A stretch of DNA of 64,000 bases from the NCBI GenBank assembly GCA_040752415.1, contig JBFMGU010000018.1:1-64000 (forward strand), given 5' to 3'. The notes below the pieces were generated by a model. The model saw only the letters and a program-made list of their open reading frames with translations. It searched no databases and had not been told where the DNA came from. The first letter of the stretch is position 1. Each line of letters opens with the position of its first letter. Made by a program: the position numbers and the translations under genes. The DNA comes from Myxococcota bacterium (GTDB lineage Bacteria; Myxococcota; JACRCW01). Shown here in pieces: positions 57,589 through 64,000 of the stretch.

Positions 57589-58310
57589 GCACCTGCGTCC
57601 TGGCCACGCGCGTCGTGACCGAGGTGGACGCCCTCGAACGCGAGCTCGCCGAGCTGGAGCAGCGCCCCGTCTTCGCGCGCGGCACCGTCAAACGCCGCGG
57701 GGAGCACGCTGCCGGTCGCCTCGCCGCGCACCATGCGCTCACGCTGTTGCGCGGAGCGGGAGAGCGTCGGGCCATCCTCACCGCGGAAGGGCCGGAGCAG
57801 GGGCGACCGCGCGTCATCCAGCTCCCGCACGGCCAGGACCTCGACGTCACCGTGTCCATCACGCACGCGGATGGCCTGGCCGTTGCACTGGCGTGCGAGG
57901 TGGCGGCGGGGTTGGACCTCGTCACGCTTGAGGACCATGGCGAGGCGTTTGCGCGTGAGGCCTTTGCGCCCGGTGAGCTGGCGGCGTGGCGTGGCTTGTT
58001 CTCCCACGACGTCCTGGCGACGTGCGCCGCGTTTGCCTTCAAGGAGAGCGTGCTCAAGTGGTTGCGGGTTGGGATGGGCTTGTCGCTGCAGGGCCTGCGT
58101 GTCCTCCCGCGCAGCCTGGACCGCCGCACCGCGCCCTCCACCCTCCGCCTCGACGTGGAAGGAGCTGGAACACCCTGCCCGGAGCTGGCCGGATGGCTCT
58201 GGACGGAGCACACGCGGGTCCTGGCGCTGGTGTCGGAGGATCACCGCTTGCGCATCCTGGAGCCCGCGGGAGGCCTTCGTGGGTACTTCGGCTCGGCTAC
58301 GGGCGCATAG
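57585..58310 (+). CDS. 4'-phosphopantetheinyl transferase superfamily protein
   Basis: AGRLAA, GRP, VSITHA, GLDLV, FAFKESVLK; ATGA overlap with the PKS-B stop. Confidence 0.85.
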   Translation: MSTCVLATRVVTEVDALERELAELEQRPVFARGTVKRRGEHAAGRLAAHHALTLLRGAGERRAILTAEGPEQGRPRVIQLPHGQDLDVTVSITHADGLAVALACEVAAGLDLVTLEDHGEAFAREAFAPGELAAWRGLFSHDVLATCAAFAFKESVLKWLRVGMGLSLQGLRVLPRSLDRRTAPSTLRLDVEGAGTPCPELAGWLWTEHTRVLALVSEDHRLRILEPAGGLRGYFGSATGA

Positions 58311-58357
58311 CCAGGCAACAGTTGCCCAGCGGGCTTGCTTGACCAGGCAAACCTTGC
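58311..58357. promoter_or_regulatory. Paired CCAGGCAA-N3-TTGC sites upstream of the EBP gene
   Basis: CCAGGCAACAGTTGC (58311-58325) and CCAGGCAAACCTTGC (58343-58357), 32-bp period. Confidence 0.55.
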
Positions 58358-58407
58358 GCAGTTGCATCAACCCTGCGTAACTAGGTGGGCACGTGGGAGG
58401 GAGCGTC

Positions 58408-60222
58408 GTGGAACTGGAAACCGTTCGACTGACGGCGGGCGCGGGCATGGAGGAGCGGGGTGAGCCGCCGGTGTTCCTGGTGGCCTATCACCTCGGCGGT
58501 GCGGCGGTGGGGCGGCTGCCGGATGGCGGCGCGGTCGTGGTGGGGCGCAGCTCGCCGGCGGACCTGGTCGTGGCGGACCGCTCGCTCTCACGGCTGCACG
58601 CGCGTTTCCGTCGTCACCACGGGCAGGTGCTGGTGGAGGACCTGGGTTCCACCAACGGAACGCAGGTCAATGACAACCCCATCCAGAGTGAGACGCCGCT
58701 CGCGCCCAGCGACGTGGTCTCGCTCGGCTCGGTGCGCATCCGCCTGGTGGCGCACTCCACCACCGCGCGCGCCGCGGGTGCGCTGGAGAGCCACGAGCAC
58801 TTCCAGGACCGCGTCCACGACGAGCTGGTGCGCGCGCGCCACTTCGGGCGGACCGCGGCGGTGCTGGCGGTGCGCTCCACGCGCGTGGGGGAGGACGTGG
58901 CGGAGCTGGCCGCGCGACTGGCCACCCATCTCACCGCGGTGGACCGCGTGGCGGTGTACAGCAGCGGGGTCCTGGAGGTGCTGCTCGCGGAAACCTCGTC
59001 GGAGCGTGCCCAGGAGCTGGCCGCGCAGCTGGTGAAGGCCGGGCCCTTGCGCGTGGGCGTGGCCGTCTATCCGCACACCGCCACCACGGCGGAAGCCCTG
59101 CTGGAGGCCGCGCGCGGCGCGTTGCGACAGACCTCCGAGCGGCACGCGGTGGCCCTGGCGCCGGAGGCTGCGCACACCGTGGAAGCGCCCGCCCAGCCCG
59201 CGCCGCGCGGCGTGTTGCGCAGCCAGGCCATGCGGGAGCTGGACGAGACGGTGGACCGCCTGCACCGCTCGACGATCCCGGTGCTGCTCTGGGGTGAGAC
59301 CGGCGTGGGCAAGGAGGTCATGGCCCGCACCATCCATGAGCGCTCCCCGCGCGCGCGCCAGCCCATGGTGTGCATCAACTGCGGCGCCATCCCTGCGCAT
59401 CTGCTCGAGAGCACGCTGTTTGGCCATGAGAAGGGCGCGTTCACCGGCGCCACCCAGCAGCACCGCGGCGTGTTCGAGGCGGCGCACGGCGGCACCGTGT
59501 TCCTCGACGAGATTGGCGAGCTTTCCGCGGCGGCGCAGACCGCGTTGCTGCGCGTGCTGGAGACGCGGCGCATCACCCGCGTGGGGTCGACCAAGGAGAT
59601 CGAGGTGGACGTGCGCATCATTGCCGCCACCCACCGCGACCTCGAGGAGATGAGCGCCCAGGGCACCTTCCGCTCCGACCTGCTCTTCCGCCTCAACGCC
59701 ATGACGCTGCGCATCCCGCCGCTGCGCAACCGCAAGGAGGAGATTCTTCCATTGGCGGAGCGCTTCCTCGCCGAAGCCAACACGCTGGTAGGGCGGCAGC
59801 TGCAGGGGTTCATGCCCGCGGCACGCGACTTGCTCCTCGCCTATTCGTGGCCCGGCAACGTCCGGGAGCTGAAGAACGCCATCGAACGCGCCGTGGTGAT
59901 TGCCCGGTTGGACACCATCAGCGTGGAGGACCTCCCGGAGCGTGTGCGTCAGGCGGTGCCGCCGCCCACGCCGGAGCCGGAGCTGCAGTCCACTCCTCCC
60001 GACGATGATGGACCGACCATGGAGATCAGCATGGTCGCGGAGCTGGATTTCAAGGCGTTGGTGCAACGCTACGAGACCCGGCTCATCGTGCAGGCCCTGC
60101 ACGCTACCGGTGGCAACCAGACGCTGGCCGCCCGGCGCCTGCGCATGCCGCTGCGCACGCTGGTCCACAAGATCAAGACGCTGGGAATCAAGAAGCTGGG
60201 TTACGCGGCGCCCGGCGAGTGA
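58408..60222 (+). CDS. Sigma54-dependent enhancer-binding protein: FHA - degenerate GGDEF - AAA+ - Fis HTH
   Basis: GR...SRLHA...DLGSTNGT (FHA); GETGVGKE, GAFTGA, FLDEIGE, WPGNVREL; GNQTLAARRL; GGAGG RBS. Confidence 0.93.
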   Translation: MELETVRLTAGAGMEERGEPPVFLVAYHLGGAAVGRLPDGGAVVVGRSSPADLVVADRSLSRLHARFRRHHGQVLVEDLGSTNGTQVNDNPIQSETPLAPSDVVSLGSVRIRLVAHSTTARAAGALESHEHFQDRVHDELVRARHFGRTAAVLAVRSTRVGEDVAELAARLATHLTAVDRVAVYSSGVLEVLLAETSSERAQELAAQLVKAGPLRVGVAVYPHTATTAEALLEAARGALRQTSERHAVALAPEAAHTVEAPAQPAPRGVLRSQAMRELDETVDRLHRSTIPVLLWGETGVGKEVMARTIHERSPRARQPMVCINCGAIPAHLLESTLFGHEKGAFTGATQQHRGVFEAAHGGTVFLDEIGELSAAAQTALLRVLETRRITRVGSTKEIEVDVRIIAATHRDLEEMSAQGTFRSDLLFRLNAMTLRIPPLRNRKEEILPLAERFLAEANTLVGRQLQGFMPAARDLLLAYSWPGNVRELKNAIERAVVIARLDTISVEDLPERVRQAVPPPTPEPELQSTPPDDDGPTMEISMVAELDFKALVQRYETRLIVQALHATGGNQTLAARRLRMPLRTLVHKIKTLGIKKLGYAAPGE

Positions 60223-60237
60223 GACGAGGCCAACGCC

Positions 60238-61599
60238 ATGCGAAAGCACGTGACCCCGCAGGACGTGGCGGGTGAGGAGGAGATTGCGCGCGGAGCCACG
60301 AGCTCGGTGCGTCGGGCCCGCGACGAGGACCTGGAGCGCTGGGTGGCGCGCAAGGTGCTCCACGCGGAGCGCGCGCGTGAGCCGGTGGAGGTGGAGCGCT
60401 TCAACCGCGAGGCACGACTCACCGCGCAGCTGGAGCATCCCCACGTGGTGCCCGTCCACGCGCTGGGCATCCAGGAGGACGGCACGCCGTGGTTCACCAT
60501 GCAGCGCGTGGAGGGCCGTGCGCTCCATGAGCTGTTGCCCACCAGCCTGCTGCAGCAGAAACCGGAGGAGGCCCACGCGCTGCTGGAGGTGTTCCTCAAG
60601 GTCTGCGACGCCGTCTCCTTCGCGCACAGCATGGGAATCATCCACCGCGACATCAAGCCGCAGAACGTGGTGGTGGGGAGCTTTGGGCAGGTCTACCTGA
60701 TGGACTGGGGCACGGCGCAGCGGCTGGGCGCGGCGCACCAGGATCCTCCCGGCACGGTGGTGGGAACGCTGGCGTATCTCTCACCGGAGCAGGCGCGCGG
60801 GGACACTGCCGCGCTGGATGAGCGCACCGACGTGTTTGGCCTGGGCGCGGTGCTCTACCAGATCCTGACCCTAAGCCCGCCTTATTCCGCGCGAAGCGTC
60901 AAGGAGATGCTGATCCAGGCCCGGAACGGCCTCATCCGCGACCCGCAGAGCGTGGCCACCGGCGTGACGCTGCCGCGGGAACTGTGTCGCATTGCCATGA
61001 AGGCCCTGAACGTGGATCCCCGGGCGCGCCATGCCAGCGCCGCGGCGCTGAAGCGGGACGTGCAGACCTTCGTGCGCAGCGGGTTCCTGCGCTTCCGCAC
61101 CGAGGAGTACGCGGCCGGCGAATACATTGTGCGGGAAGGTGGCCAGGGCGACGCCGTGTACATCATCACCTCCGGTCGTTGTGAGGTGAGCAAGGAGGTC
61201 TCCGGCCAGGAGAACGTGCTGCGCACCATGGAGGAGGGGGACGTGTTCGGGGAGATGGCCGCGCTGACCGGGCCGCCGCGGACCGCCACCGTGCGTGCGC
61301 TCACCCCCGTCACCGTGGCGGTGGTGGGACGGGAGGACCTGGAGGAGAAGCTGGCCATGGACACGTGGGCCGGCAAGCTGGTCACCACGCTGGCGCAACG
61401 CTTCCGGGAGCTGGACCAGCGCTACCAACACGCGGTGCGTGAGCGGGATGAAGCGTTGCTCGCCGTGCGCGCGCTGACGTTGTTGCGCCGGGAGCCAGGT
61501 ATTTCGTCGGAGCGGCTGTGCCAGGTGCTGGTGTTGGAGACGGGGCGCAGCGCGGAGGATGTCACGGCGGTGTTGCAACGCGCGGCAATCCTGTGTTAG
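60238..61599 (+). CDS. Ser/Thr protein kinase with C-terminal cNMP-binding domain
   Basis: VARK, HRDIKPQN, DWG, GTLAYLSPEQ, DVFGLG; FGEMAALTGPPRTATV. Confidence 0.92.
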   Translation: MRKHVTPQDVAGEEEIARGATSSVRRARDEDLERWVARKVLHAERAREPVEVERFNREARLTAQLEHPHVVPVHALGIQEDGTPWFTMQRVEGRALHELLPTSLLQQKPEEAHALLEVFLKVCDAVSFAHSMGIIHRDIKPQNVVVGSFGQVYLMDWGTAQRLGAAHQDPPGTVVGTLAYLSPEQARGDTAALDERTDVFGLGAVLYQILTLSPPYSARSVKEMLIQARNGLIRDPQSVATGVTLPRELCRIAMKALNVDPRARHASAAALKRDVQTFVRSGFLRFRTEEYAAGEYIVREGGQGDAVYIITSGRCEVSKEVSGQENVLRTMEEGDVFGEMAALTGPPRTATVRALTPVTVAVVGREDLEEKLAMDTWAGKLVTTLAQRFRELDQRYQHAVRERDEALLAVRALTLLRREPGISSERLCQVLVLETGRSAEDVTAVLQRAAILC

Positions 61600-61691
61600 T
61601 CATTATTAGTAATAGGGACTGCGAGCGCAGCGGCTGAGCGGCGAAACGGCGCGAGCCCTGGAGTGCGGTGTGGAGCGTCAGAGGGAAGCGG

Positions 61692-61817
61692 GGCGGAGTG
61701 GCAGCGAAGCACCGCCCTGGATCAGTTGACATGCTGGTGATGTCGGGTCCGCGGGCGCGGGGGGACCTGATGACCGGGGGGACCTGATCCAGGGCGGTGC
61801 GCCGCGGCCACTTCGCC
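61692..61817. other. Structured intergenic element between convergent genes (candidate ncRNA, terminator or repeat)
   Basis: Perfect 17-bp inverted repeat 61709-61725 / 61784-61800, extendable outwards, enclosing two small hairpins and a 14-bp direct repeat. Confidence 0.45.
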
Positions 61818-61835
61818 AACTTTCGGCACGGTTGG

Positions 61836-63521
61836 CTACTTCGTCTCCATGCGCAGCACCCCGGCCCAATCCTCCGGGGGTGCCTCGCGCTGGAGGCGTT
61901 CACACCGCTGCGCGTACAGCTTGAAGAGCGGGTCATCCGGTACCTGCTCCAGGCAGGCCCGGAACACCACCCCCGCCTCCTCGAACCGGCGCGCCCGGTA
62001 GTGGCCCAGCGCGTCCTCGTACCGGCCCAGCACGGTGGCGTCGAGGGCGGCGCGCGAAGGGTCCCGTGGGTTCCAGACCTCGTACACGGTGATGGGATTC
62101 TCCGCGCCCTTCACCAGCACGCGGTCCACGGTGCGCATGGAGAAACGGGCGGGGTCGCGCAGCCGCTCGCGCGTGGCCTGGGTGATGAGCAGCTCCGTGC
62201 CATAGACCTTGGTGAGCCCCTCCACGCGCGAGGCGAGGTTCACCGCGTCCCCCACCACGCCGCAGTCCATGCGCTCACACCCGCCAATGGTTCCCAGCAT
62301 GACGCGTCCGCTGTTGACGCCAATGCCGGCGCGGATGAGGACCAGGCCTTCGCGCACCCGTCGGAGGTTGAGCTGCCGCAGCGCGTCCGACATGGCCAGC
62401 GCGCCGCGCACGCCGTCGTCGGCGTCCCGGGGGAACAGCGCCATGATGCCGTCCCCCAGGTACTGGTTCACCACGCCCATGTACCCGTGGATGGCGGGCT
62501 CCATGGCCTCCAGGTACGCGTTGATGAAGCGGAAGTTCTCCTGCGGCGTGAGCCGCGCGCTCATGTTGGCGAAGGAGCGGATGTCGGAGAACAGCACGGT
62601 CATCTCCTGCTGCACGCTGTCGCCGCGTTCCACGTCGGAGAGCGTGCGCTTCCCCAGCAGCTGCAGGAACTCATAGGGGACGAAGCGCCGCGCCGAGGCG
62701 TTGAGCCGCGCCATGCGGATCAGCGTGATGGCCACGTACAGGGCCAGCAGCACGCTGACGACGTAGAGCACCACGCGGAACAGCTCGGAGCGCTGGCGCT
62801 GCGCGGTGACGAACTGCTGGTACGCGGTGGCGAGCTGCCCGGTGGCCGCGGCGCTGTCCAACGCGAGGTAGCGGGTGATGAGCTCCGCCAGCGCCTGCCG
62901 ACGTGCGGACATCATGCGTGCGTGTCGCGCCGCCCGCGCCAGCTCCGGGTAGGTGGTGTCGGGGTCGGTCACCTCCAGCAGGATGCGACGGGTGACCTCC
63001 TCCAGCTCCGCGGCGGAAGCGGTGTCGGGGGTGAGCATGGCGCGCAGGGTCGCGCGTTGCAGCGTGTCCAGCTTCTCGCCGGCGCCGGGGGTTCCTTCCA
63101 CCTCGCCCAGGGCGCGCGGCAGGTAGCTGGAGGAATTGCGGAACACGGAGCTGCTGGACTTGATGTCCTCCACCAGCGTGCCCTTCTCGGTGACGTCGGA
63201 CTCCAGCGCCTGGAGCGCGGCGTCCACGGCGGGGTCGGACAGCGCGTGGGCCATCACGTCCTGGCGCAGCGCGCCCGTCCGGCGCGCAAGCTCCGCCAAC
63301 GTCTGCACCAGCCGGTCATAGTTGGGCAGCAGCGCGAAGCGGGCCTGCAGCACCAGGGCGTCCAGCTGGGCATCCAGCTCCCGCACGTCCCGCAGCTCGG
63401 CGGTGGCGCGGCTGTGCTGCTCGGCGTCGCGGTCCTGCGCGGCGCGGAAGAGCAGGGTGAGGGTCACGGTGACGGCGGCGGCCAGCAACACGGCCACCAG
63501 GTGACGCCGCAGCTCCTTCAC
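61836..63521 (-). CDS. Membrane class III nucleotide cyclase with DAHL-like periplasmic sensor domain
   Basis: Two TMs flanking a helical domain (NYDRLV, FRNSSSYLP); FSDIRSF, GDGIMALF, GDAVNLASRVEG; GTGA overlap with the peroxidase stop. Confidence 0.88.
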   Translation of the reverse strand: MKELRRHLVAVLLAAAVTVTLTLLFRAAQDRDAEQHSRATAELRDVRELDAQLDALVLQARFALLPNYDRLVQTLAELARRTGALRQDVMAHALSDPAVDAALQALESDVTEKGTLVEDIKSSSSVFRNSSSYLPRALGEVEGTPGAGEKLDTLQRATLRAMLTPDTASAAELEEVTRRILLEVTDPDTTYPELARAARHARMMSARRQALAELITRYLALDSAAATGQLATAYQQFVTAQRQRSELFRVVLYVVSVLLALYVAITLIRMARLNASARRFVPYEFLQLLGKRTLSDVERGDSVQQEMTVLFSDIRSFANMSARLTPQENFRFINAYLEAMEPAIHGYMGVVNQYLGDGIMALFPRDADDGVRGALAMSDALRQLNLRRVREGLVLIRAGIGVNSGRVMLGTIGGCERMDCGVVGDAVNLASRVEGLTKVYGTELLITQATRERLRDPARFSMRTVDRVLVKGAENPITVYEVWNPRDPSRAALDATVLGRYEDALGHYRARRFEEAGVVFRACLEQVPDDPLFKLYAQRCERLQREAPPEDWAGVLRMETK

Positions 63522-64000
63522 GGCACCGCCCCGCTCGGGACCAGGCCGGTCAGCGTGTTGAGGAACGCGGCAATCTGCGTGATCTCGGAGGCGGTGAGCC
63601 CGCGACCGAGCTGGTAGCGCGCCATGATGGTGATGGCGGCGTCGAGCGTGGCGGCGGACCCGTCGTGGAAGTAGGGCGCGGTGAGCGCCACGTTGCGCAG
63701 GCTGGGCACCTTGAAGACGTGGCGGTCGCGCTCGCGTCCGGTCACGTTGTAGCGGCCCAGGTCCGCCTTGGTGATTTCCCCGCGCTCCTTGAAGTAGTCC
63801 CCCATGACGCCCAGCGGCGCGTACATGTTGCCGCCCACGTTGCGCCCCTGGTGACACGACACGCAGCCATAACCCACGAAATGGAGATAGCCCTGGTACT
63901 CCTCCGGGCTCAGCGCGTCGGTCTCCCCCATCAGGAACCGGTCAAAGCGGCTGCCCCGCGGGACGATGAAGCGCATGTACTCCGCCACCGCGTCTTTCAC
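63518..64000 (-). CDS. Partial CDS: di-heme cytochrome c peroxidase (CcpA/MauG family), C-terminal half
   Basis: SRFD, GCVSCHQG, FKVPSLRNVALTAPYFHDGS, FLNTLTG; 5' end lies outside the window. Confidence 0.9.
   Translation of the reverse strand: MKDAVAEYMRFIVPRGSRFDRFLMGETDALSPEEYQGYLHFVGYGCVSCHQGRNVGGNMYAPLGVMGDYFKERGEITKADLGRYNVTGRERDRHVFKVPSLRNVALTAPYFHDGSAATLDAAITIMARYQLGRGLTASEITQIAAFLNTLTGLVPSGAVP

Noticed and set aside
61692..61817. Identification as 6S RNA or Pxr sRNA
   Set aside because: I could not match either by eye; kept only as an unnamed structured element pending an Rfam scan.
1..64000. tRNA, rRNA, integrase, transposase or prophage genes
   Set aside because: None recognised; the intergenic gaps I inspected lack tRNA-like T/D arms and no ORF shows such motifs.

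Overview
High-GC, gene-dense bacterial window that looks like Myxococcota (inferred from a DUF2378/TIGR02265-type gene, Cys-rich lipoproteins, an FHA-sigma54 activator and a Ser/Thr kinase). I found about 40 CDS and no rRNA, tRNA or CRISPR array. The main result is a 14-kb operon (44098-58310): DUF2378, SDR, PKS-A (KS0-KS-AT-ACPx4-DH0), PKS-B (KS0-KS-KR-DH) and a PPTase. All four ACPs carry Thr (LGIDTVKQ) where the phosphopantetheine-accepting Ser normally sits, and active domains are paired with pseudo-domains. Other notable loci: (1) a probable sigma54-driven sulfur operon (type III SQR, DUF1641-TusE/DsrC fusion, DsrE-like protein); (2) a 1045-aa lipoprotein cytochrome with about 10 hemes; (3) a peroxidase / DAHL-cyclase / kinase-cNMP / FHA-EBP signalling block whose cyclase has non-adenylyl specificity residues; (4) a 293-bp palindromic MITE-like element; (5) a second structured intergenic element; (6) a CCAGGCAA-N3-TTGC motif paired at two promoters 19 kb apart. 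All calls come from reading motifs by eye; no database searches were run.
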